From: a virus
Taxonomy: Duplodnaviria; Caudoviricetes
Strand: one strand, 5' to 3'
Virus record (IMG/VR): IMGVR_UViG_3300037515_000067
Coordinates: 1 to 41,895 of that record
DNA length: 41,895 bases
A program made the position numbers and the translations under genes. Shown in pieces: positions 8,526 through 17,868 of this stretch; within the stretch, counting starts at the first letter, position 1, and each line of letters opens with the position of its first letter. The notes under the pieces are model-generated. The model was given only the letters and a program-made list of their open reading frames with translations. It ran no database searches and was not told the origin of the DNA.

Positions 8526-8547
8526 TCAACCCCCCGCTGTTAAATTA

Positions 8548-8569
8548 CCCGCCCCGTTATTGGGGCGGG
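8548..8569. terminator. GC-rich hairpin, possible terminator
   Basis: CCCGCCCC-GTTATT-GGGGCGGG in the ERF/ninB gap; second hairpin at about 8579-8615. Confidence 0.45.
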
Positions 8570-8629
8570 TTTGCCTATCCCCCGGCCACCGTTGGCTGAC
8601 CAAATGGCCAGGGGTTTAGCGTAACTGGA

Positions 8630-9232
8630 TTATGCTCCGCCGAGTGCTTCACGTCTCGACTTAGCGGCCTTGTTGATTGCTGCCCTGCCAGCGTCCGGCA
8701 TGTTTGCTACCCATGCGGCGCGGTTGGATAGGATGTTGTCCACGTCTACCGGGTACATTGCGCCGTCGATTTCGGCCATGACGGTTTTATAGTGCGCCCT
8801 TTCTTCTGACGTGGTGTCAACCGGTTTCGCCTTGGCCGATGGTTCCTTGCCGTGGTTGTTCGTTGCATCCGCATCTTTGGTGTCATCTATCAGGAATAGA
8901 CCGTTAAGCGCGTATTTCCGGCTATATGAGCTTGTCGCGCCGGTAATCTGACTATCGTCCATTCCCTTGCGGTCTTCTGCCTCCCTTGCGTAGGCCGTCA
9001 CAACTGCTCTGCATCCGTCACCTCCCTCAAATGTGGCGGTGGCTTTAACGTAAATCCTCCCGCCGATTTCCTCCACCGTGTCGGAAATGGTCAATGTAGA
9101 GTCATACTTTTTTAGCAAAGGCTTGACCGCTTCGAAGATGTCCTCGCATGACCTGTAATGGTATTTACCGAAAGTGTTGTGCTGATTTTTCGGCGCTTTC
9201 AACTCCGACTGAATATTCCCCAATGCATTCAT
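8630..9232 (-). CDS. ERF-family ssDNA annealing protein
   Basis: ELKAPKNQHNTFGKYHYRSCEDI and GATSSYSRKYALNGLFLIDD. Confidence 0.9.
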   Translation of the reverse strand: MNALGNIQSELKAPKNQHNTFGKYHYRSCEDIFEAVKPLLKKYDSTLTISDTVEEIGGRIYVKATATFEGGDGCRAVVTAYAREAEDRKGMDDSQITGATSSYSRKYALNGLFLIDDTKDADATNNHGKEPSAKAKPVDTTSEERAHYKTVMAEIDGAMYPVDVDNILSNRAAWVANMPDAGRAAINKAAKSRREALGGA

Positions 9233-9718
9233 CTATTTAATCCTCAGTGATGTTCCCCTTACCAGCTTCGCCCCCGGCACTTCCTCCCCTTTTTTTAGTA
9301 CGTCCGCAATCGCTTTTTTGTCGATGCGGAAAGTCTCAGGGATAATCACGTTGTACCGTGGAGGGATCAGCCATTCGGCTTCTATCTCGACCGATGGCGG
9401 GTTGTTCTGGATGGTTACCTTGTGAGTCCCGGCGCTTACCTCCATCCGTTCGGCTTGTTCAAGGCATTGCTTCATGTATGCCTTGAGCTTCGCAATCCGA
9501 GCTTCCGCCGTCTTCCGCCGTGCCGAAATGCGTTCTTCCTCCGCTTTCGCCGCCGAAGTGAAAGCCTCCAACGTTGCGCAAAACTTCACGATGTTTTCCG
9601 CTTTGGCCTCAAGCGCCAGTTCCAGCTTTTCAAGACGGGATTCAGTTTCTTCGGTCCATTCTTCCTCCCCGAGGATTTGTGCTATCCCGTGGGATATTTC
9701 GTACAGATGCAGTTCCAT
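9233..9718 (-). CDS. Siphovirus Gp157-family protein
   Basis: LYEI N-terminus, coiled coil, NPPSVEI, IDKKAI..LKKGEEVPGAKL. Confidence 0.85.
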   Translation of the reverse strand: MELHLYEISHGIAQILGEEEWTEETESRLEKLELALEAKAENIVKFCATLEAFTSAAKAEEERISARRKTAEARIAKLKAYMKQCLEQAERMEVSAGTHKVTIQNNPPSVEIEAEWLIPPRYNVIIPETFRIDKKAIADVLKKGEEVPGAKLVRGTSLRIK

Positions 9719-9831
9719 CGACTTCCTCCGTTATTCCCCCGAAAATTTCCCGGTATCGTTCATCATCCGCCAGATCGTCGGCCCATGAGTCGTCCGCCGC
9801 TTCCCGTTCCATCCAGTTGCCAACCGGCCAG

Positions 9832-10092
9832 CTAGGCATGGTCTGGCTCTTCGTAGTCGGGGCCTTGTGTTTCGTCGTAATCGCTTTTTGATTCATCCTT
9901 GTTGAGTGCATCAGAAAGCAACACGAAAGACCCTTCCCACGTTGAAGCGGTATGATGCCCATATCCGTCAACGTATGTTATACACTCGACTTCGTGGTCC
10001 CCGTTGTGGAATTCAGTCAACCCGAAAATTAACTTGTGGAAACGTCCCCCGGCCAATAATTTCAACCTTTTTTTAGCTTCGGCGAATGTCAT
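9832..10092 (-). CDS. Hypothetical protein
   Basis: GGAGG RBS, ATGA overlap. Confidence 0.6.
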   Translation of the reverse strand: MTFAEAKKRLKLLAGGRFHKLIFGLTEFHNGDHEVECITYVDGYGHHTASTWEGSFVLLSDALNKDESKSDYDETQGPDYEEPDHA

Positions 10093-10241
10093 TGTCTGCC
10101 CTCCAAAATGGCCAACCTTGCGGCTCTGACTTCTGCTGTAGCCTCTTCTTCAATCGCTTCCACCGCTGCGAACGACAGGAACGCGAATATTGCCAATATT
10201 GCCAATATTGCTAGCGTTGTATCAACCACACTGTTTGCCAT
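10089..10241 (-). CDS. Small membrane protein (50 aa, not in ORF track)
   Basis: MANSVVDTTLAILAILAIFAFLSFAAVE... Confidence 0.5.
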   Translation of the reverse strand: MANSVVDTTLAILAILAIFAFLSFAAVEAIEEEATAEVRAARLAILEGRQ

Positions 10242-10392
10242 AATGTTTCACCGCCTCCCGTGTAAGAAATTCGGATAGTGCTTGGTCGAAAAGGTCAGAG
10301 GCTTTAACATCCTCCCCGGCTTGCTGCTTGCTGATTGCAAGCGCCCTGATCGACAGAATATGTTTTTCGTCGACGTAAATCGGTTTTCTCAT
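10222..10392 (-). CDS. Probable ribbon-helix-helix regulator (56 aa, not in ORF track)
   Basis: MRKPIYVDEKH...ASDLFDQALSEFL; GAGG RBS; first ORF after promoter at 10523-10551. Confidence 0.55.
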   Translation of the reverse strand: MRKPIYVDEKHILSIRALAISKQQAGEDVKASDLFDQALSEFLTREAVKHYGKQCG

Positions 10393-10522
10393 TATATATA
10401 CCTCTATTGATTATTTATTTTAGTTTGTCTCCCTGCCCCCCGTATCAGACGCGAGCGCGACAGTGTGGGAGGCTTTACGGGCTATTTAGTTGTCAATGAG
10501 CGGCTTCCTTGTTCGTGAAACA

Positions 10523-10551
10523 ACTATAAATTAACATGGCGTGGCAGTCAA
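10523..10551 (-). promoter_or_regulatory. Sigma70-type promoter for recombination/accessory operon
   Basis: TTGACT-17 nt-TATAGT with AT-rich upstream tract. Confidence 0.75.
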
Positions 10552-10646
10552 GATAAATAAATAAAAAAAGAAATATTTATTTCAGGCGGATATTTGTTTT
10601 TTGGATGGTGTTGTTTTTGTTTGGTTTTTCGGATGTTTGCGAAAGG

Positions 10647-10676
10647 ATACCCCCACCTGTGTCAGCATGGGGGTAT
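10647..10676 (-). terminator. Probable terminator ending the late operon
   Basis: ATACCCCCA...TGGGGGTAT inverted repeat just after last lysis-region gene; weak U tract. Confidence 0.5.
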
Positions 10677-10709
10677 TGTGTGACGTGATTTGTAGCGGTG
10701 TTTTGATCG

Positions 10710-11075
10710 TTAAAAATTGGAGCCGATGCCGAGGTTTGCACCTATGCGCACCCCGAGATACCCGAACTGTTCAGTTAACCACCATGACGTAGTTGCAACA
10801 TCCTTGCGGAATTCATCGTCCGCAAACTTTCTGTCCCTGGAGTTCCGTGCATGCTTGCACCGCCAGTCATGTCTGCATGTCGCGATAGGATGGTTGTGCC
10901 TGGGGAATAGACATACCAGGGGCCAGGGGACCGTTGCCCCGTCCCACTCGAATCCTGCCGGGATAGTCTCGATATGTCCGGCCATTGTCTTGTACGGAAG
11001 GCCAGCGGTTAAGGCTCGTTTTTTTGGCTTGCCTGGTACGTTGCGCATTCGGATAACGGTGCCACTATGGGCCAT
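10710..11075 (-). CDS. DUF1353-family protein
   Basis: IPAGFEWDGATVP, HDW, ADDEF motifs. Confidence 0.8.
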   Translation of the reverse strand: MAHSGTVIRMRNVPGKPKKRALTAGLPYKTMAGHIETIPAGFEWDGATVPWPLVCLFPRHNHPIATCRHDWRCKHARNSRDRKFADDEFRKDVATTSWWLTEQFGYLGVRIGANLGIGSNF

Positions 11076-11527
11076 TATTTCCCCCTTTTCTCTTGCCCCC
11101 TGTGCCATGCAGTCACGCCAAGGATAGCGCCTGGTATGGCAAAAAGGCCGGTGAATGATGCTACGAGTTGAGGTATCATATTCATTGCTTCCGGTACGCC
11201 TCCGACAACGGCCTTATATGCCAGCAAACAGCATAGAGCCGCAACGGCTACGAATGCCAGAGCCGAAGTAAACCCCCAAAAAGGACGCCATGACCATTGC
11301 GGCCAGTGTTCGCTTTTGGCCTCTGTCTGCATGGTTGCGTTTACGGCATGGACGATTGACTGTTCTCCTACCTCCAACTGATTAGCTATTTGTTCAATTT
11401 TAAGTCTTGTTTCGTCGCTTAGAATTTCTTTTCCAGTGATGGCCGAGCGCAGGTCGGTCGCCAGTGTGCCTAGACCTTTAGCCGCCCCCTCTATGCCGCT
11501 GCCTAGAAAGTTATCCCAGAATGCCAT
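11075..11527 (-). CDS. Holin (3TM gene-transfer-release holin-like)
   Basis: VNATMQTEAKSEHW...WRP followed by hydrophobic segments; adjacent to endolysin. Confidence 0.75.
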   Translation of the reverse strand: MAFWDNFLGSGIEGAAKGLGTLATDLRSAITGKEILSDETRLKIEQIANQLEVGEQSIVHAVNATMQTEAKSEHWPQWSWRPFWGFTSALAFVAVAALCCLLAYKAVVGGVPEAMNMIPQLVASFTGLFAIPGAILGVTAWHRGQEKRGK

Positions 11528-11611
11528 GATTATTCCTTTTTCTGTGGGCATTGTTCGCAGGTCGGTCCGTACGATTTACCGCAAGATTTGCACACTGTAT
11601 AATCTAGCATT

Positions 11612-11983
11612 TCACCCCTCTATTTGAATGTGGGGACCGTCGAAAAAAGATTCCCAGTCTCCACCCCATGTGATAGTAAGACCGTATTCTAGAGCCGCCG
11701 TCTTGAATGCTGCCGACACTGTTTTATAGTATGCCGCTTCCCATGTTATCTTCCCGTCGATGAAAACGGCGAAGTCCACCGCAGCCCCCCTCAAATGGTA
11801 GCTTTTCATGGTTGTTGACTTGCCGTCCGCCAATAGTTTCCGCTGACGTTCTTCGGTTCGCAGACCCTCGGTGATGCCGAAATCATGGGGAGACAACGAC
11901 AGGGCACGGTAGCAGATGCCAATCAATGGCGGATAAACGCCCCGCATATTGTCGACGCTGGATTTGCCGAATTTGTAACCCAT
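11612..11983 (-). CDS. Endolysin, M15 family peptidase
   Basis: EGLRT..RQ, SYHLRGAAVD, WGGDW..FFDGPHIQ. Confidence 0.9.
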   Translation of the reverse strand: MGYKFGKSSVDNMRGVYPPLIGICYRALSLSPHDFGITEGLRTEERQRKLLADGKSTTMKSYHLRGAAVDFAVFIDGKITWEAAYYKTVSAAFKTAALEYGLTITWGGDWESFFDGPHIQIEG

Positions 11984-11984
11984 G

Positions 11985-12221
11985 CTACCCACCTCCTAAC
12001 ATCTTCGTTGCAATCAGCTTCAGCCCCTCGGCTAATCCCATCTGCTGGATAATCAACATGGCGATAGCTCCGATAAGCCAGTTTTTCATATCGGTTGTTG
12101 ACTTCACAACTTTTCCCAATTGCTCAGATATTCCAATCAGTAACTCACCGTGATTTTTAACAGTGGTTTCGAGTTTCGACATACGCCGCTCATGTTCGAA
12201 GATGAAATTCTGATCGTGCAT
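11985..12221 (-). CDS. Small coiled-coil plus TM protein (holin/XhlA-like)
   Basis: HERRMSKLE coiled coil, C-terminal hydrophobic segment, upstream of endolysin. Confidence 0.55.
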   Translation of the reverse strand: MHDQNFIFEHERRMSKLETTVKNHGELLIGISEQLGKVVKSTTDMKNWLIGAIAMLIIQQMGLAEGLKLIATKMLGGG

Positions 12222-12297
12222 ATTCTCCGGTTCCTATCGGTTGTTATAGGTTAAAATTGATGCAGTCTGCTCCGGAGTATAACTGCACATGCGGATA

Positions 12298-12816
12298 TTA
12301 TTCAGGCCAGGTTATTGATTCTGGGTCGTCTGATTCGCATAATTCGGCGCACAGTGTACGGTACGTTTCGAAGGATTGCATCTTCCTCAATGTGTACTCA
12401 TTCTCTATATTGATGAGGTCTTGCTTGCTCATCAATTGGACGCTGTTATCTTCCATAATCCAGGGGATCGACGTAGGATTGCCGAGCAATTCCCATTTAT
12501 CAATCGCGCCTTTGATGTTTTCCTTGTCGTCAGAGTTGCGGACCTGGACGCCGGATACCGGCGAAGAGATGAAAGCCTCTCGTTGCCTTTTTAGCTCTGT
12601 GCGTTGTGAAATCCTGCGGTTTTCGATGGTCGGCCCTGGCGGCGTATATTCAACCGGAATTCCGTTTTCGATCCGCAAACGGCCAGCGCATGACAGTTGC
12701 CATTGTTCGTCGGTTATAGGGACGGCACCGTCAGGGATTGTTGAGTGTACATCGTCTGAATAGTGCCCGGTTACGTTGCACCCTGATGCTGAATGTTCGT
12801 ATGTTGTGTACTTCAT
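12298..12816 (-). CDS. Tail fibre assembly chaperone (DUF4376-like)
   Basis: IPDGAVPITDEQW, WIMEDNS, C-terminal ITWPE; follows fibre gene. Confidence 0.75.
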   Translation of the reverse strand: MKYTTYEHSASGCNVTGHYSDDVHSTIPDGAVPITDEQWQLSCAGRLRIENGIPVEYTPPGPTIENRRISQRTELKRQREAFISSPVSGVQVRNSDDKENIKGAIDKWELLGNPTSIPWIMEDNSVQLMSKQDLINIENEYTLRKMQSFETYRTLCAELCESDDPESITWPE

Positions 12817-12818
12817 AA

Positions 12819-13766
12819 TTACACCCCCACCGCTATATATTTAATTACCGTTCCGGTTATTACTGTCGACCCGGTAGGGTTGTCATTCATCAATACAGCC
12901 TGTGTCAACGTCGGAGTGCCTTGGACCGTAGCCGATGAATTGCTGCCGCTAACAGATGTATTAGTCGCTACAGTGATTACAGCGAATACGGCCGCCGTGA
13001 ACGCGACCGGGAACGTCACAGTCTTGACTTCGTTGTCCACTGTACCGTACGCAGTAGTTAACCCCCACTGGAATATCAAACCCCCTGGTATTTTTTGATA
13101 TCCGCTCTCGGTTAGGGATTGGTTGGCACCCCCTAGCGCAGTTGCAAGCCTAAGGGGGGTTATTGCCTTGGTGTTATCCGCCCAGCCCCGGGACTCGGCT
13201 TCGCTTGCAATCTTAATCAGCCCGGAGGTTGTTTGTGTAGCGGCAACTAGCAACCCGTCAACGTACCCCTTTGGAGCCGTCTGGAAGTCGGTGGTAGGAG
13301 TCGGAACAACCGGACTTTCTGTAAATGTTTTTACTCCGTCAATCGACTGGTTTCCGGCCAACTCGACAAAATCACCTAACTCATCATTCCAGTTGACGGC
13401 ATCTCCAACCGGATCATTGCCAACATTCGGGGTTATATCATCTCCGGTCAAGGCACGATAAAGCCGCCCATCACTGCCAATCACGCGGCTGTGTTCGAAA
13501 TACTCCTGCGCTGAATCCCATTCAGGTACGCCTACCTGGTGAAGATATGACACAAGTTGTGCCGCCGTGAACATCGCGCCGTTAAAATCTTCGCGGGTCG
13601 GGAAGCCGGAAGCGGGTACAATCCCCCAACCCCGTAGATAATTGGCGTTTATGTTGTCGTCCAGGTCGTCCGACTCCACCACGTCACCAAATATCGTCCG
13701 TTCGTTCGCGAGAGCATCGGCAGCGAATGCCCTCAAATTCCCGGTAAATCTTGTTATTTTCGCCAT
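12819..13766 (-). CDS. Tail fibre protein
   Basis: YLHQVGVPEWD..QEY N-domain; SGYQKIPGGLIFQWG...VTFPVAF...YIAVG C-domain. Confidence 0.85.
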   Translation of the reverse strand: MAKITRFTGNLRAFAADALANERTIFGDVVESDDLDDNINANYLRGWGIVPASGFPTREDFNGAMFTAAQLVSYLHQVGVPEWDSAQEYFEHSRVIGSDGRLYRALTGDDITPNVGNDPVGDAVNWNDELGDFVELAGNQSIDGVKTFTESPVVPTPTTDFQTAPKGYVDGLLVAATQTTSGLIKIASEAESRGWADNTKAITPLRLATALGGANQSLTESGYQKIPGGLIFQWGLTTAYGTVDNEVKTVTFPVAFTAAVFAVITVATNTSVSGSNSSATVQGTPTLTQAVLMNDNPTGSTVITGTVIKYIAVGV

Positions 13767-14483
13767 TTAGATCACCTTTCTTGCGAATATCCCGCCATCG
13801 TATGCGGTGTCGAATTTGCTACTGAATCCTTTTGCGTCAACGTTGTTCGAAAATCCGAATGTTTCCCCCGGTTCGGCTTGGACTACGAGCGAGTATCCAA
13901 CGCCCACACCATGAGGGATTAAATCAAGCCGCAAGATTAGCGATATACGGTCAGCGTCTATAATAGGGCTAATGTATATCGTTGACGTCATGTTGTAGTT
14001 GTCTAAGATATAAGCACGGCCTCCAAATGCGGCAATAACCGCGTCTTGGATCGTTACGTTTACCCCGTCAACCATGTAGGCGTGAGCAACGTTTTTTGCT
14101 ATCTTGACGCGTATAAATAACCTGTAGTCGTTATCGTCTAGCTGTAGGTCTGTGAAGTCCGGTGCAAATTTGCTGCTGAACGGACCTCCGTCAAATAGTA
14201 CGCTGAATTTACTTGAGAATCCTTTCGAGTTTGGATTGTCTGCGAATCCGAAAAGTTCTTTTATTAACGCTTGCGGAACGTTCCTGCTAACCCCAACTAT
14301 CCGCCCGATGATGTCAAGCCTGTCGCCGGTTGCATGGTCAAGATCAAACTCCATCGGGAAAGAGTTGAGCCAGTCAAACGTTTTCCGCCACGTTGTGGCC
14401 TGTAGACCTATTTCGGCGGACGCTTTCGGCCTGTCATAGTATTGTTTTATAACCAGGTCTTTGTATTCAGATTCGAAGCTCAT
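13767..14483 (-). CDS. Baseplate wedge protein (DUF2612-like)
   Basis: FDLDHATGDRLDIIGRIVGVSR, LDDNDYRLFIRVKI; gene order. Confidence 0.85.
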   Translation of the reverse strand: MSFESEYKDLVIKQYYDRPKASAEIGLQATTWRKTFDWLNSFPMEFDLDHATGDRLDIIGRIVGVSRNVPQALIKELFGFADNPNSKGFSSKFSVLFDGGPFSSKFAPDFTDLQLDDNDYRLFIRVKIAKNVAHAYMVDGVNVTIQDAVIAAFGGRAYILDNYNMTSTIYISPIIDADRISLILRLDLIPHGVGVGYSLVVQAEPGETFGFSNNVDAKGFSSKFDTAYDGGIFARKVI

Positions 14484-15658
14484 TAGGCAACCTCGGTGAT
14501 ATCTATGTCAGCAACGTCGATTTCGAAAATCTCATCATAGAAGGCGTCAAGGCGTCCATCGGTCCATGCCATACCGTCAAGGCTGATTTCTAAATCGGTG
14601 GCTATAAAAGTGTTTCCTGATTCGTATACGCTACGGTACAGGTCAGAGGCTATGCAGTCTTCGTTGATATCGAATGATCTTGCAACCAACCTCTGTTCAA
14701 TCATCGTTTCGTCAATCGGAACCAATGGATCTTTACGCAACACATTGAGACGAATAAACAGTGGTACGTATGTTGGACGGTCAAATTTCATAACGTGAAC
14801 GATGGTGAAAGTTGACCCGTCAGGTTTTGTTAGCGTCTCCGTGTAAGACCCTTCAATGTCACCTTTTCTGTCGCAACCTTGCGTTTTATTTTTCGCGATA
14901 GTCTCGATGATATCGTCAACCGCCCCACCTTCGACAACACACCAAATTGAATGAGGCGGCATATCGCGTTCGGTGTCTGTTATTGATGTATCGTTTTCAT
15001 ATACCGCTACTTTCGTGACATTCAACATGTTAGCAAGTGACGCGAACAGACTCCCGGTTGTGCTGAATGCGGGATTCTCGGTAGATAGGTTGCGCCTGAT
15101 CCTTAGCTCTTCATCTGTTTCCTCTTCAACCCCTACTGTTGCGGCAATGGGATTCGTCACGGACAGAACGCCAATAACAAAAGTTACCTGTTCCGTTATC
15201 GTCTCGGCATCCGCTTCAACTGCTCCGAAGTCCTGCGAAAACAGGGTTACGATATTCGCCCCGGCTGAAAGGTTAGCGCTGGTCAGCGTTATCCATGATT
15301 GCCCAATAGTGTCTTCTACCGCGTAACCGGCAGGGATAGTCAATATCCTGTCTGTGGTTATCGTCGCATCAACCTGAGACCTAGTTGCAACTCTGCGGAC
15401 AATACCGGCAAGTTTTATGATCCGGTTTAGAGACTGCCCGAAGGAGAAATCGGGGTCCATCTGTTGATACAGCGTTAGCCCGAATGTCTGCAAGTCAAGC
15501 CGAGCCTGGGCCTCGATAGCCACCCGTTGCCCGTCAGGGCTATCAGGATCAAGGTTGATATCAACCCCGTATATTGCGCGGTATCCATCTGCAAGCTCTG
15601 CGTATATTTCATCAAAGGTTTGTACCTGGATTCCGGCAGGCGTAAAAACTGGTTTCAT
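14483..15658 (-). CDS. Baseplate J-like protein
   Basis: SPDGQ, GVEEETDEELRIR, YEND, PPHSI. Confidence 0.9.
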   Translation of the reverse strand: MKPVFTPAGIQVQTFDEIYAELADGYRAIYGVDINLDPDSPDGQRVAIEAQARLDLQTFGLTLYQQMDPDFSFGQSLNRIIKLAGIVRRVATRSQVDATITTDRILTIPAGYAVEDTIGQSWITLTSANLSAGANIVTLFSQDFGAVEADAETITEQVTFVIGVLSVTNPIAATVGVEEETDEELRIRRNLSTENPAFSTTGSLFASLANMLNVTKVAVYENDTSITDTERDMPPHSIWCVVEGGAVDDIIETIAKNKTQGCDRKGDIEGSYTETLTKPDGSTFTIVHVMKFDRPTYVPLFIRLNVLRKDPLVPIDETMIEQRLVARSFDINEDCIASDLYRSVYESGNTFIATDLEISLDGMAWTDGRLDAFYDEIFEIDVADIDITEVA

Positions 15659-16014
15659 ATGGATAACTCCAGGGTTTGGTCATTGGGTAAGCCGAAAATG
15701 TCCGTGTACTCGATTTCTATTCTAATGCCGCGCTGTTTGCTTCGGCTAACCACTTCAATTCTTTGTACGGAAATAACGCCTTCTGTCTGTAATACGGTCC
15801 GCTCAACGGCTCTAATGATTTGCGGCGCCGTGTTGTACTGCCCGAGCAAATTGAACCAGTCGATACCATGCCCGATATCTAAAAACCAGTCGTTTGTGAA
15901 TGATCGAAGCCGCGTGAAAACGTTCTGGGCAATGGCTTTCGATTCGCGTTTGTACGAAGCCTTACCCCTTCCGAAAGTCCAATCGTTGTTTTTATCCAGC
16001 CCTGCTACCCTCAT
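15655..16014 (-). CDS. Baseplate wedge/sheath initiator (gp25/W-like)
   Basis: DWTFGRG, AIAQNV.TRL..F..DWFLD..HGIDW. Confidence 0.8.
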   Translation of the reverse strand: MRVAGLDKNNDWTFGRGKASYKRESKAIAQNVFTRLRSFTNDWFLDIGHGIDWFNLLGQYNTAPQIIRAVERTVLQTEGVISVQRIEVVSRSKQRGIRIEIEYTDIFGLPNDQTLELSI

Positions 16015-16712
16015 ATAGGCACCCCTGTATTACCTCCGCCAGTCTGTACCCCGCCATGAATATGGTTAACGAGGCTTACGCCCTGCGCCACGATATCCGA
16101 AGTGCTGGTCATTGTTCCGCCGCCTAGGCCGGTGAAGTTCCCCGCTGAAATAGTGCCGGTGCAAACTATGTTGCCATCGACAAGAACATCACCCAATATC
16201 TGCATGTCACCGGTCTGCGTATAATTGCCGGTTATCGTATAGTTTCCGGTTTGTATCCGGTTCCCTTGGTGCGTGTAATTTCCGTCCTGGTTCGTGTCTC
16301 CGGTCTGCTGGATAACAATCGGTATGGTTAGCGCCCCAGCCCTCGGGTTTATGCCGACAATGGCTATACCATCGCTGTAATCGTGCATCCTGAATTCTGC
16401 CGGTTGCTGGAAGTCTTGGCCTTCGTACCAACGATCAAAGCAACGCTCTGTTAGAATCAGTAGGCAATAGTCGCCAACGGCTATCGGGTGCGCTGTGTAT
16501 GATCCGCCACCCTGCAAGAACAACGGCGGAACCTCAATGAACAACGGAAGTTTAATTGATACCCCATTAACCACTCGGTTGATTACCGGCTGAACGTCAA
16601 TGGTTGTAGCTGCAACTGCAACGACTTTTGCAACTGTAGCCGTATGCAAATTTGCAAGTGCCTCGAATATAGAAAACTCTATTGTGTCGATAAGCTGTTT
16701 TTTGTCGCTCAT
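16011..16712 (-). CDS. Baseplate spike (gp138/gpV-like)
   Basis: PIAVGDYCL..ERC, RMHDYSDG, beta-helix repeats, C-terminal HIHGGV. Confidence 0.9.
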   Translation of the reverse strand: MSDKKQLIDTIEFSIFEALANLHTATVAKVVAVAATTIDVQPVINRVVNGVSIKLPLFIEVPPLFLQGGGSYTAHPIAVGDYCLLILTERCFDRWYEGQDFQQPAEFRMHDYSDGIAIVGINPRAGALTIPIVIQQTGDTNQDGNYTHQGNRIQTGNYTITGNYTQTGDMQILGDVLVDGNIVCTGTISAGNFTGLGGGTMTSTSDIVAQGVSLVNHIHGGVQTGGGNTGVPI

Positions 16713-17530
16713 AAAACCACCGCGTCAGGGGAAAGCAATCCCGTGCAAGTCTGGCTCCATTCCGATCCGTAGTTGTCTCCTTGGTAGCTTATCGTATTGA
16801 TCTTATAAACCCCGTTTAAATGCGGTGCCGTTGTGCTGATAAGATTAACTCGCCGCCCTATTTTAACGGCAGGATTCATCAACGTTTGGAAAGTCACCTT
16901 TGAAAATGTCCTTTCAGGCGTACTTATTAAACCGGTGTCCGAGCTTACGAGAGGGACGAACCCTGTTGTTACTTCGTTGTCCGCTATGATGTATAGTTTT
17001 TCATCGTCGATATACCATGACTCACCTGGTTTGATTGTTTCTTCGATCAGACGTACAGAGTTCCCAACTAATATTTTTGGCCTTGATAGGACCGGACGTT
17101 CGTTCGTTTTCCCGATTGTCGTATTAGCCATGTCTGACATTACCGAATCAAGCGCTCTTTGTCCACCCTTTACCGTGCGACTTGTGAAGCTGTTTAGTAA
17201 ATCGAACCCACCGTCAAGCCCTTCAATGGTTGTGATTATATCGGGGCCTTGCCTTGAGTTTCCGCAACGGTGAATAGTTCCTTTGAACATCAATTCAAGG
17301 CGTCCTTGATATCCCACTGAAAGGCTCAACGGTATGCGTCTTACCTCTTCAGAATCCTTCACAATAGCTAAGCGGTTCTTTTCCGCCAGGTTGTATATTT
17401 TAAGCTGCAACTTGTTCAACTGTCCACTAACGGACTTATCGGCTTGGAATGATATCCGTATCGGAGGAATGATTGTAACCTCGCCTCCACGTACTTCAAT
17501 TTTCAATTCGTAGTCGCGGTTAAATCTCAC
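16709..17530 (-). CDS. Baseplate hub protein
   Basis: IYNLA, LSVGY, TGLISTP; position before spike. Confidence 0.8.
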   Translation of the reverse strand: MRFNRDYELKIEVRGGEVTIIPPIRISFQADKSVSGQLNKLQLKIYNLAEKNRLAIVKDSEEVRRIPLSLSVGYQGRLELMFKGTIHRCGNSRQGPDIITTIEGLDGGFDLLNSFTSRTVKGGQRALDSVMSDMANTTIGKTNERPVLSRPKILVGNSVRLIEETIKPGESWYIDDEKLYIIADNEVTTGFVPLVSSDTGLISTPERTFSKVTFQTLMNPAVKIGRRVNLISTTAPHLNGVYKINTISYQGDNYGSEWSQTCTGLLSPDAVVL

Positions 17531-17868
17531 AGCGGGACCTCGTCGCCTCTAATTTCTACCATGTCATCCGATTCCAGCATGTACAAATTACAGCGCCCGG
17601 TGGAAAAGTCAGACAGTTGAAAAGGGTCAATCCCGCTGCCTGATTCGTCGGTAACGAAAAAATCAAAAGGTTTGTTCTGGCTTCGTATGTGTAAAACTCC
17701 AACGCTACACTTGATCCCATACACGGCCCATTCACCAAACTCCACGTCAAAGCACCATATCTGCGTCCGTGGATAGAATCGAAGTGTTAGCGTTATCTCC
17801 GATTCGTCGAAGAATATCGTATGGTCCTGGATTGGGTCGGTTGTTATATTCTCGATTTGTCTCATCAA
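17527..17868 (-). CDS. Baseplate small subunit
   Basis: Gene order between Dit-like gene and hub. Confidence 0.65.
   Translation of the reverse strand: MMRQIENITTDPIQDHTIFFDESEITLTLRFYPRTQIWCFDVEFGEWAVYGIKCSVGVLHIRSQNKPFDFFVTDESGSGIDPFQLSDFSTGRCNLYMLESDDMVEIRGDEVPL

Noticed and set aside
9642-9971. 109-aa - strand ORF
   Set aside because: Heavily overlaps both neighbours; a shorter ORF from about 9839 is possible but I cannot support it
12819-13766. Diversity-generating retroelement or invertible fibre system
   Set aside because: No reverse transcriptase, invertase or duplicated template repeat seen
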